This document shows positions 28,281-35,366 of a stretch of 64,000 nt of DNA, in pieces. Each line of letters starts with the position of its first letter. Positions within the stretch are counted from its first letter, which is position 1. The stretch lies in the IMG/VR virus record IMGVR_UViG_3300042382_000594; one strand, given 5' to 3'. The DNA comes from a virus. Taxonomy: Duplodnaviria > Heunggongvirae > Uroviricota > Caudoviricetes. The position numbers were made by a program, and so were the translations under genes. Below the pieces are notes generated by a model, which had not been told where the DNA came from, did not search any database, and was given only the letters and a program-made list of their open reading frames with translations.

Positions 28281-28709
28281 TTATTCTATTTGAAATATTT
28301 TAGGCTTTTTATTATCTGGTATTACATTTCTTAGCGATACATATAACATACCATCGGATAATGATACTTTATCGACTTCAACTGTATCAGCTATGGTAAA
28401 TGTTCTAGTAAAATCTCTTTCAGCAATTCCTTTATATAAGAATTCCGAATCTTTTTTAGATTCATCTGGTTTAATTTTACCTGTAACAACAAGTTTACCT
28501 GTATCTAAAGTAACTGAGATTTGATCTTTTGTATATCCAGCAACTGCCATTTTGATAACAAACTTCTCTTCAGACTGTTTGATAATATCATATGGAGGAA
28601 AACCAGTTTGAGGCTTTTCCAATTCAGTGATTCTACGAAATAATTCGTCAAAACCAATTAATGCTGAATTATGAATTGTTCTAAAAGTAGTTAAGTCTTT
28701 AGCGTACAT
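28281..28709 (-). CDS. small heat-shock protein (Hsp20/alpha-crystallin family)
   Basis: Alpha-crystallin domain features (YDIIKQSEEKFVIKMAVAGY...SDGMLYVSL). Confidence 0.85.
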   Translation of the reverse strand: MYAKDLTTFRTIHNSALIGFDELFRRITELEKPQTGFPPYDIIKQSEEKFVIKMAVAGYTKDQISVTLDTGKLVVTGKIKPDESKKDSEFLYKGIAERDFTRTFTIADTVEVDKVSLSDGMLYVSLRNVIPDNKKPKIFQIE

Positions 28710-28790
28710 ATTTTTCTCCTTAAAAGCAAGATTTAATTTCGACCCCCGAAGCAGGTCATTTTTCTACGAGAACCATTCTCGCAAAACTAT

Positions 28791-29054
28791 TTAGCCACCA
28801 GCAAAAACGTCTCCCGACCCTGACGCTGAATGGCCACAAGTAGCGGCATCGCCAGCTCGACAAACTGCAATGCCATTAACAAATACTGAACCAGAACCAG
28901 CAGCCATAGTTGGGGAATCATGAGGGGCGACCCCATGACCTGTAACTGCATCACCTTTTCTAACAGCTGCAGCTCCATTAACAAATACATCACCGGATCC
29001 AGCAGCTAATTTACCTCCAGCTGAATCCGTACCTTTTCTAGTAACTCCAGGCAT
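28791..29054 (-). CDS. PAAR-repeat protein (T4 gp5.4-like spike tip)
   Basis: Gly/Ala-rich 87 aa with repeated GDVFVNGAAAVRKGD / GSVFVNGIAVCRAGD (PAAR motifs) and conserved Cys/His. Locally GC-rich DNA. Confidence 0.6.
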   Translation of the reverse strand: MPGVTRKGTDSAGGKLAAGSGDVFVNGAAAVRKGDAVTGHGVAPHDSPTMAAGSGSVFVNGIAVCRAGDAATCGHSASGSGDVFAGG

Positions 29055-29455
29055 TATTTTTTAACTTTGCCGATGTTATATTTACTAACCAAATTATATT
29101 CATCTTTTTCTTTATACGATAAAATTTTAATTTGACTAATTGGAACTAATGGAGATTTACATTCATCTTCATGTCTAATTTCCAATAGTTCCCAATCCCT
29201 TAAAAGGTTTACAATAGTATTTCTTCTAGCAATATCATTTTCACTAATTTCATGAGATTTGTTATCCAGACCAAATAATTCTTTAAAATGGATAATTACA
29301 TATCTACCTTGTTTATGTAAGATATGACATGATTGATATAAAGTTTTATCTTTTTTAGATAATACGCCAATTCTAGATAACGTTTCTTTAATTTTTAAAA
29401 AATTATTCTCATCAATAAATACCTCAACGCCATATCCATTAAAAATGTCACTCAT
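29054..29455 (-). CDS. regA: translational repressor RegA
   Basis: LKIKETLSRIGVLSKKDKTLYQSCHILHKQGRYVIIHFKELF aligns closely with T4 RegA (LKVKETLTRMGIANNKDKVLYQSCHILQKKGLYYIVHFKEML). Confidence 0.9.
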   Translation of the reverse strand: MSDIFNGYGVEVFIDENNFLKIKETLSRIGVLSKKDKTLYQSCHILHKQGRYVIIHFKELFGLDNKSHEISENDIARRNTIVNLLRDWELLEIRHEDECKSPLVPISQIKILSYKEKDEYNLVSKYNIGKVKK

Positions 29456-29498
29456 TTTTATATTTCCTATTTATTCAAAATTATCATAATAATATATT

Positions 29499-29506
29499 TA
29501 TAAATA
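29499..29506 (+). promoter_or_regulatory. T4-type late promoter TATAAATA (plus strand) upstream of GIY-YIG gene
   Basis: Exact TATAAATA, immediately 5' of a hairpin. Confidence 0.45.
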
Positions 29507-29509
29507 TTT

Positions 29510-29540
29510 GTAAGTCGCGATGCGCTAACATCCACTTACA
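29510..29540 (+). promoter_or_regulatory. RNA hairpin (gtaagtcgcgat...acttac) between late promoter and GIY-YIG RBS
   Basis: 6-bp stem with shared tcgcgat core. A paralogous element is upstream of the second plus-strand GIY-YIG gene. Confidence 0.4.
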
Positions 29541-29566
29541 CTAACTGTTATTAAGGAACAATCAGC

Positions 29567-30208
29567 ATGAATATATATTCACCCATCAAACCAACATATC
29601 TTTATATTAAACAACATTCCATTACCGGATTAAAATATTTCGGTAAGACAACTAAAGATCCACGCACATATTTGGGATCAGGAATAAAATGGAAAAGTCA
29701 TATTAAAAAACACGGCAAACAATTTGTAAAAACTTTATGGATTTCAGATTTATATTATGATACATCAATAAAAGAAATTGCGTTACATTTTTCTACGGAA
29801 AACAATATTGTTGAATCAGATAAGTGGGCTAATCTAATCCAGGAAAATGGGTTAGATAGCGGAACTCTTACAAAAAATCAAAAAATTAAAATTTCACAAA
29901 AACAAAAATATAATTGGAATAAAAATAATTCTCCTTATAATGAAGATAGAAACTTAAAATGTTCTAATATTAAAAAAGAACAGTGGGAAGATTTAAAATC
30001 AAAATATAATTCTAATACATATAGACTTCAACAAAAAAAGCTAAAAGAAAAGCAATACGAAGTAATAAATCCAATAGGTACTAAATTTATTATAACTGGG
30101 TTAAAACAATTTTGTAAAGAAAATAATCTCTCAGAACAAAATATGTATAAAGTTTCCAATAAATTAAGAGAGCATCACAAAGGATGGAAATGTAATAAAA
30201 TTATTTAA
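29567..30208 (+). CDS. GIY-YIG homing-endonuclease-like protein (Seg-like), free-standing
   Basis: N-terminal YLYIKQHSITGLKYFGKTT (GIY...YFG) and Lys-rich C-terminal half. Lies on the strand opposite its neighbours, between regA and gene 62. Confidence 0.55.
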   Translation: MNIYSPIKPTYLYIKQHSITGLKYFGKTTKDPRTYLGSGIKWKSHIKKHGKQFVKTLWISDLYYDTSIKEIALHFSTENNIVESDKWANLIQENGLDSGTLTKNQKIKISQKQKYNWNKNNSPYNEDRNLKCSNIKKEQWEDLKSKYNSNTYRLQQKKLKEKQYEVINPIGTKFIITGLKQFCKENNLSEQNMYKVSNKLREHHKGWKCNKII

Positions 30209-30584
30209 TTACCCCGCCTTTGTCTAATATTTGTCTTATAGTTTCCAACTGCAAAGACGTAAGAATTCTTAACGCATCTTTGGCTTTTTCTGATGAATAA
30301 CCGAAATACTCTTTAATTAATGCTATGTCTTTTGATTCATTTGCTTTATACCATTTTTGAAATGGGCGTTTTTTGCTATGTAAAATAAACAAATAAAAAT
30401 CATATTGCATTTTTTTATCTAAGCCAGAATACTGATTCATTTCATTTACATATAACAAACAATCATTATGTTGGCTTAATGCGCGATTTACAATATAAGG
30501 TTCATATTCTTTTTCGTTATCAGATGTAATAATAGATTTTTTAGTTTGAAGCAATGATGGTAAAACTTCTTTAAACAAATCCAT
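30201..30584 (-). CDS. 62: clamp-loader small subunit (T4 gp62-like, by position)
   Basis: 127-aa ORF immediately downstream of gp44, as in T4. No strong motif. Confidence 0.5.
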   Translation of the reverse strand: MDLFKEVLPSLLQTKKSIITSDNEKEYEPYIVNRALSQHNDCLLYVNEMNQYSGLDKKMQYDFYLFILHSKKRPFQKWYKANESKDIALIKEYFGYSSEKAKDALRILTSLQLETIRQILDKGGVIK

Positions 30585-30591
30585 AAATCAC

Positions 30592-31530
30592 CTATTTGAA
30601 TTCTAAGTCAACCATACATTCTGTAAAGAAAGCCATTAAATTAATCTCATGATCAATAACAAAAGCTGTTTGATATTGATAACGACCAATTAATAATACT
30701 AACTGTGGAATTGAATTCGGCTTTAAAATATCATACATTGAATCATACATCTTGCGATAAATTGTTTGACTATCGTTATCTAAGTTATCAACAACCCACT
30801 TTCTAACATCAGCAAATGATTTTTCTTTTAAACCTTTGATTAATGGTGTTAAATTTACATCAGAAACTTGTGATAATAAACCAGCATCAATAACACCACC
30901 CATTGCATAACGCTGAAGTTCATTTAAAACTCTACGATTATCTGGATAATATTTAGCAATAACCTGAGCTACAACTTCTTTGTTATATTCAACTTTTTCT
31001 TCATCTAAAATCCAACAAACTCGTTTAAAAAACTGAGCCATTAATTTCTGCTTATCATCTTTTGTAATCTTTACATCAACAACTGAACATCTTGAATGTA
31101 GCGGTTCAATAATACGATTTTTATAGTTACAAGTAAATATAAAAGAACAGTTACGAGAAAACTCTTCAATTGCATTACGCAAAGCTGGTTGTAGTGAATT
31201 AGCATTTAAATAATCTGCTTCATCAATAATAATTACTTTACGTCCGCCAGATAAACTAACTGATGAAGCATAATTTTTAATTTTACCACGAAGAACATCA
31301 ATACCATTTTCATCAGAACCATTAATGACAATATAGTCGCAATCTGTTTCTTTACATAAGGCTTTTGCAATAGTTGTTTTACCAACGCCAGCTGAACCTG
31401 CAATTAATAAATGAGGGATTTTGTTTTGAGTAACAAATTCTTGAAACGTTGATTTGATTGATTCAGGAAGAATACAATCGGCAATTTTTTCTGGTCTGTA
31501 TTTTTCAACCCAAAGTACATGTTCACGCAT
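30592..31530 (-). CDS. 44: clamp-loader large subunit (T4 gp44, RFC-like AAA+)
   Basis: Walker A AGSAGVGKTT and Walker B IIIDEAD. 312 aa. Confidence 0.9.
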   Translation of the reverse strand: MREHVLWVEKYRPEKIADCILPESIKSTFQEFVTQNKIPHLLIAGSAGVGKTTIAKALCKETDCDYIVINGSDENGIDVLRGKIKNYASSVSLSGGRKVIIIDEADYLNANSLQPALRNAIEEFSRNCSFIFTCNYKNRIIEPLHSRCSVVDVKITKDDKQKLMAQFFKRVCWILDEEKVEYNKEVVAQVIAKYYPDNRRVLNELQRYAMGGVIDAGLLSQVSDVNLTPLIKGLKEKSFADVRKWVVDNLDNDSQTIYRKMYDSMYDILKPNSIPQLVLLIGRYQYQTAFVIDHEINLMAFFTECMVDLEFK

Positions 31531-31556
31531 AATATAATCTCACAATAAAAATAATA

Positions 31557-31579
31557 AAAAGGGTGACCGAAGCCACCCA
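31557..31579 (-). terminator. rho-independent terminator (minus strand)
   Basis: Hairpin gggtg-accgaagc-caccc, followed on the minus strand by T5. Confidence 0.45.
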
Positions 31580-31590
31580 AAAATCAATAA

Positions 31591-31875
31591 TTAAGCTGTA
31601 TGACCTGATACAACACTTACATAAAGTTTAGCAAATTCTTTATCTTCAGTATTCTGTTCAGCAAAATTCTGTTTATGATACGTTTTAGCTAAACGATTAA
31701 TAATTTTCTTTGGTAACTCAATTTGATCTTTAACAGCATCAACGATATCTTTAATTGCTTCTTTTTCGCGCTCAACTCTAGAAAAATGAACTGAAATTTC
31801 TTTTAATCCATCAGTAAGAATTTTTAATTGTTTATCATCAAGCGTACCAAATACAGTTTCTAAAGTTTCAGTCAT
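31591..31875 (-). CDS. hypothetical protein
   Basis: ORF track. 94 aa. Between genes 45 and 44. Confidence 0.3.
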   Translation of the reverse strand: MTETLETVFGTLDDKQLKILTDGLKEISVHFSRVEREKEAIKDIVDAVKDQIELPKKIINRLAKTYHKQNFAEQNTEDKEFAKLYVSVVSGHTA

Positions 31876-31879
31876 AATA

Positions 31880-32053
31880 TTATTCCTCTGTCAAAATTGA
31901 TTTAATGCCATGTATTAATTCTTTTTTATCAACTTCTTCACTAATATAAGCATCTAATAAAGTAAATAAAAATATTTGTTTCATTTTATAACTTGAAGTA
32001 GCTGGAATATAAGAATTCCAGTTATCTAACATTGTATTATTAAAATCGCTCAT
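31880..32053 (-). CDS. small ORF (57 aa), hypothetical
   Basis: Own translation MSDFNNTMLDNWNSYIPATSSYKMKQIFLF... Fills the gap between gene 45 and the next ORF. Confidence 0.2.
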   Translation of the reverse strand: MSDFNNTMLDNWNSYIPATSSYKMKQIFLFTLLDAYISEEVDKKELIHGIKSILTEE

Positions 32054-32056
32054 ATT

Positions 32057-32740
32057 TTATTTACCAAATGTTGAACTCGTTTCAATAGTAATCCAATATT
32101 TTAATTCAGCTGTAGTAGAAGTCCATGCTGAAATACCTTTACTAGAAATCTCAACCGAATACGTATCTGGAATAACTTTTAAATTTTCAGCTTTAAATAC
32201 TAATTTAAATACTTTACCTTCTGGATCAACGTCAGCCATTTCTAATGAATTAACATGACTTGAATCATTTGCTTCATCAAAAGTAACTAAAGATACAGTA
32301 GTTCCATCCGATTCAACGGCAACATGAGGTGCACCAAGAACAGTTGCAGTTTTTAATACCCACTCAAAATCTTCTTTAGAGAATGTAAATTTAACATCTG
32401 GAGCTGGAACATTAGGAAGTTTTTCTGGCGGAACAACAATCATTGATTGATCAGCAACACGATATTTAATCTTACTACGACCGCCACGACCTTTAATAAT
32501 AACATGTTTATCATCAAATTCTAATTCTGGACCTTCTTTAAATAAAGAAGCAACTGATAAAAAGTTATTTAAATCGTAAATACCGAAATCTTGGGGGATT
32601 GTATCTGAGATAGTTGCAACAGATAAGATATTTTTACCTGGACTCATAGTTGAAACTGTAGAACCTTTTCTAAAGAAAATACCTTGATTAATATGAGCAA
32701 AGTTTTTTAGAATTGCAGTTGTTTCTTGAGAAATTTTCAT
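32057..32740 (-). CDS. 45: sliding clamp (T4 gp45)
   Basis: MKISQETTAILKNFAHINQGI... aligns with T4 gp45 MKLSKDTTALLKNFATINSGI. 227 aa versus 228 aa. Confidence 0.9.
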   Translation of the reverse strand: MKISQETTAILKNFAHINQGIFFRKGSTVSTMSPGKNILSVATISDTIPQDFGIYDLNNFLSVASLFKEGPELEFDDKHVIIKGRGGRSKIKYRVADQSMIVVPPEKLPNVPAPDVKFTFSKEDFEWVLKTATVLGAPHVAVESDGTTVSLVTFDEANDSSHVNSLEMADVDPEGKVFKLVFKAENLKVIPDTYSVEISSKGISAWTSTTAELKYWITIETSSTFGK

Positions 32741-32780
32741 ATTTTATATCACCTCATCGTTAAGAATCATTTTAAAAATT

Positions 32781-32854
32781 TGGAGCGGGATAAGGGAATC
32801 GAACCCTCACTAGGAGATTGGAAATCTGCTGTTCTACCATTAAACTAATCCCGC
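32781..32854 (-). tRNA. tRNA-Gly (anticodon UCC)
   Basis: Manual fold. Acceptor gcgggat/atcccgc, D-arm gttt/gaac, anticodon loop tttccaa, T-arm gaggg-ttcgatt-ccctt, CCA encoded. One C-C mismatch in the anticodon stem. Confidence 0.6.
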
Positions 32855-32860
32855 AATATT

Positions 32861-32937
32861 TGGTGCCCCTCCTAGGACTTGAACCTAGAACCAACCGATT
32901 ATGAGTCGGACGCTCTAACCATTTGAGCTAAAGGGGC
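32861..32937 (-). tRNA. tRNA-Met or Ile2 (anticodon CAU)
   Basis: Manual fold. Anticodon loop ctcataa, T-arm ctagg-ttcaagt-cctag, CCA encoded. Confidence 0.6.
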
Positions 32938-32982
32938 AAATTACATTACTATTATATAACGTAAACGTGTATTAGTCAAGAA

Positions 32983-33165
32983 TTATTTTTTCTGAACTTT
33001 TTTAAAGAAATTATCTAATTTTTTATCGCACTGTTTATTTGAATTTGTTAAAGATTCGACCTTTGCAGTTAAAGCAGCATGATCATCTTGTAACTTAGCT
33101 AAATCGCCTGAACTAGCGCAACCTGTTACAAATAAACATAAACTAACTAAAAATAAAGTTTTCAT
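32983..33165 (-). CDS. Lpp-like coiled-coil lipoprotein
   Basis: Signal peptide with lipobox LFVTGC followed by a helical SSGDLAKLQDDHAALTAKVESLTN region, like Braun lipoprotein. Embedded in the tRNA array. Confidence 0.45.
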   Translation of the reverse strand: MKTLFLVSLCLFVTGCASSGDLAKLQDDHAALTAKVESLTNSNKQCDKKLDNFFKKVQKK

Positions 33166-33187
33166 AACTTTCTCTTATTAAATTAAT

Positions 33188-33264
33188 TGGCGGGCAGGGA
33201 AAGACTCGAACTCTCATCTTTGTGTTTTGGAGGCACATGTTTTATCCAATTAAACTACCTACCC
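33188..33264 (-). tRNA. tRNA-Trp (anticodon CCA)
   Basis: Manual fold. Acceptor gggtagg/cctgccc, anticodon loop ctccaaa, T-arm gagag-ttcgagt-ctttc, CCA encoded. C-A mismatch at the base of the anticodon stem. Confidence 0.5.
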
Positions 33265-33269
33265 AGTAT

Positions 33270-33344
33270 TGGCGTCGCTACGGGGAATCGAACCCCGCTT
33301 ACAAGAATGAAAATCTTGTGTCCTAACCGATAGACGATAGCGAC
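33270..33344 (-). tRNA. tRNA-Glu (anticodon UUC)
   Basis: Manual fold. Acceptor gtcgcta/tagcgac, anticodon stem caaga/tcttg with loop ttttcat, T-arm cgggg-ttcgatt-ccccg, CCA encoded. Confidence 0.55.
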
Positions 33345-33368
33345 AATTATTTTTTAAACCCATTAGGG

Positions 33369-33441
33369 GTGACTAGTGGGACTTGAACCCACAAAATCTC
33401 GAATCACAATCGAGGACGTCTACCAATTCCGTCATAGTCAC
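33369..33441 (-). tRNA. tRNA-His (anticodon GUG)
   Basis: Manual fold. Anticodon stem ctcga/tcgag with loop ttgtgat, T-arm gtggg-ttcaagt-cccac, discriminator C, CCA not encoded. Confidence 0.55.
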
Positions 33442-33458
33442 ACCTAATGGGTCTTATT

Positions 33459-33535
33459 TGGCTCCCAGAGTAAGAATCGAACTTACCTGATAAACTGATT
33501 AACAGTCAGCTGGCACACCTTGCGCCCATCTGGGA
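33459..33535 (-). tRNA. tRNA-Asn (anticodon GUU)
   Basis: Manual fold. Acceptor tcccaga/tctggga, anticodon stem gctga/tcagt with loop ctgttaa, T-arm gtaag-ttcgatt-cttac, CCA encoded. Variable region is unusually long (7 nt). Confidence 0.5.
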
Positions 33536-33543
33536 TTTATCTT

Positions 33544-34167
33544 TTAATTATTTACAATTACATCTAATATTTTTAACTCTAATTCTTGTAGAGTTCCATT
33601 ATTGTCAATTATATAGTCAATATGAGGATTTCCATACCAATCGTATTCAGATTTATGTATATTTTGCGATGCTGCATAAGCATCAAATACAGATTTATCT
33701 AACGAATCAAGATAACCGTACCAGTTAGGTCGTGTTTCTTTTCTATCAATTTGAATAAATACAGCTCCAATAGATTTTAAGAAACTAATCTCGTTTTTAA
33801 ATCTAACATCAGTAATAACTACATTATCATACTGTTGAATTTTTCGCTCAAGAGAATCAACCCAAATTCCATCAAGTAAATTTTCTCTACAAACTTCTGT
33901 ACCAAAATACTGTAGTATATATCTAGGTGTTATAGGTTTATTAAATTTAACCGACCAAAAAGTATCAACAGTTTCACGAAAAACTCTAGATTCTTCGGTG
34001 TCACCTTCTAATAAAGCTCTATCCCAACCAAAAATAGAAGATACTGCATCTTTTAATGAGCCAGCAAAAGATAGAGCAGTAAAATTATTTTCTACTAAAA
34101 TATCGCCAGCAGTTCCTTTTCCAGAACCAATAAAACCAAGTAACCCAATAATCATAATATAACCCAA
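33544..34167 (-). CDS. 1: deoxynucleoside monophosphate kinase (T4 gp1-like)
   Basis: P-loop GFIGSGKGT. VVITDVRFKNEISFLKSIGAVFIQIDR and the C-terminal IDNNGTLQELELKI resemble T4 gp1 (IVPDTRQDHE...GATVIHVVRP, ITNDGSLEELFSKI). Confidence 0.6.
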   Translation of the reverse strand: MGYIMIIGLLGFIGSGKGTAGDILVENNFTALSFAGSLKDAVSSIFGWDRALLEGDTEESRVFRETVDTFWSVKFNKPITPRYILQYFGTEVCRENLLDGIWVDSLERKIQQYDNVVITDVRFKNEISFLKSIGAVFIQIDRKETRPNWYGYLDSLDKSVFDAYAASQNIHKSEYDWYGNPHIDYIIDNNGTLQELELKILDVIVNN

Positions 34168-34171
34168 AACG

Positions 34172-34993
34172 TCAAGAAAGTAAAGACAAATACTTATTCA
34201 TAATATTTGACAAATCTTGTTTTAATAATATTCTTCCATGATATTTAAAAGTATCTCGTAATTGCTCATAACTCTCAGCGTTTTCGGATAAATGTTCGTT
34301 AAACGTAACTAATAATTTTTCTTTAGTTAATCCAGTTGGACTATTATTATCAGTATGTTGACCGCCAGCCATAGAAAACCTATCGCTAAGAGGTACTCGC
34401 GTTTGAATCTGCAACTTTCTAGCTATAAATTCATCGGTCATAGGAGCAAAACCATAATTAAAAATAATAAATCTTGCTGTATTAATTAATCTCGGGTAAT
34501 GCCTGCCTTGGCTATATCTAACAGAATTAGAATGCATTAAACGAGAACCTCTGTGTTCTATAGTATTAGGAACATCTAAACCAACTTTAAGAACATCCCA
34601 TAAAGGAACGTCATACGACAACGTATTTGATCCCCTAAACTCTAATTCATCAACAAAATATAAACATGGAATATATAATTCTTCTTCTTTTGTCGAATTT
34701 AAACTAGCAAAATCGCCAATTAAAAATTCAGTGGTATTTAAACAAACTTTCCAATCAGTTATAGTTGCCTCAATATCCATCACTTCACGATCTACGTCAC
34801 TAGCACTAAAGTCTCGGTTTTTGCTGTTAACTATTTCCCAAGTAGGGCAAATGTGTTTAATAATTTCAACACTTTTATCTGTACTAGCATAATTAATCAA
34901 AATGCCATGATCAAAATATTTTTTATGGTGATTTAACCACCACGGAAGTAAATATTCTTCATTATAAAAATGCGAAATAATAGTTTTTTTCAT
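34172..34993 (-). CDS. putative GT-A glycosyltransferase (DUF23/GT92-like)
   Basis: N-terminal ISHFYNEEYLLPWWLNHH resembles the NE..L.EW..HH motif of GT92/DUF23 proteins. Confidence 0.3.
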   Translation of the reverse strand: MKKTIISHFYNEEYLLPWWLNHHKKYFDHGILINYASTDKSVEIIKHICPTWEIVNSKNRDFSASDVDREVMDIEATITDWKVCLNTTEFLIGDFASLNSTKEEELYIPCLYFVDELEFRGSNTLSYDVPLWDVLKVGLDVPNTIEHRGSRLMHSNSVRYSQGRHYPRLINTARFIIFNYGFAPMTDEFIARKLQIQTRVPLSDRFSMAGGQHTDNNSPTGLTKEKLLVTFNEHLSENAESYEQLRDTFKYHGRILLKQDLSNIMNKYLSLLS

Positions 34994-35008
34994 TTATCAC
35001 CTAAAAAT

Positions 35009-35075
35009 TGGACGCGAAAGGGTGGAATAGAACCGCAAGTTATGAGCCTAGCTATCTACCACTGATATACTTCGC
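35009..35075 (-). tRNA. degenerate tRNA-like element with CAU anticodon loop (possible pseudo-tRNA)
   Basis: Acceptor 6/7 bp, perfect D-arm tatc/gata, anticodon loop ctcataa. The anticodon stem is weak and no canonical T-arm could be folded. Confidence 0.25.
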
Positions 35076-35083
35076 ATAATATT

Positions 35084-35160
35084 TGGTCTCCCATGACAGA
35101 TTCGAACTGCCGACCTATCCGCCCCAAACGGATCGCTCTACCAGACTGAGCTAATGGGAG
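35084..35160 (-). tRNA. tRNA-Pro (anticodon UGG)
   Basis: Manual fold. Acceptor ctcccat/atgggag, anticodon stem atccg/cggat with loop tttgggg, T-arm ggcag-ttcgaat-ctgtc, CCA encoded. Confidence 0.65.
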
Positions 35161-35168
35161 TAATAATT

Positions 35169-35244
35169 TGGAGCCAAAGACAGGAATCGAACCCGCAACA
35201 TCTTCATTACAAGTGAAGCGCTCTACCTATTGAGCTACATTGGC
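35169..35244 (-). tRNA. tRNA-Thr (anticodon UGU)
   Basis: Manual fold. D-arm gctc/gagc, anticodon stem cttca/tgaag with loop cttgtaa, T-arm gcggg-ttcgatt-cctgt, CCA encoded. One U-U mismatch in the acceptor stem. Confidence 0.55.
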
Positions 35245-35259
35245 AATTTGTAAAGTATC

Positions 35260-35267
35260 TATTTATA
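35260..35267 (-). promoter_or_regulatory. T4-type late promoter TATAAATA (minus strand) upstream of the tRNA-Thr/Pro group
   Basis: Plus strand reads tatttata. Confidence 0.35.
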
Positions 35268-35366
35268 AAAATACTTTATTCTATTTAGTCAAATTTTACA
35301 ACTTTTTTATTATAGAGGTATTATATATTAACACCTCTATAAAGTCAAGCACTTTTTTAAATTATT

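Noticed and set aside
28787-28993. Minus-strand 68-aa Leu/Met/Gln-rich ORF overlapping the PAAR gene
   Set aside because: Alternate frame of the GC-rich Gly/Ala codon run. The PAAR frame has the recognisable motif.
32781-32854. Initial reading of this tRNA as Trp(CCA) because of ttCCAat in the loop region
   Set aside because: Only the register with loop tttccaa (anticodon UCC) gives a 4/5-bp anticodon stem and standard 7-nt loop. The CCA register gives no stem.
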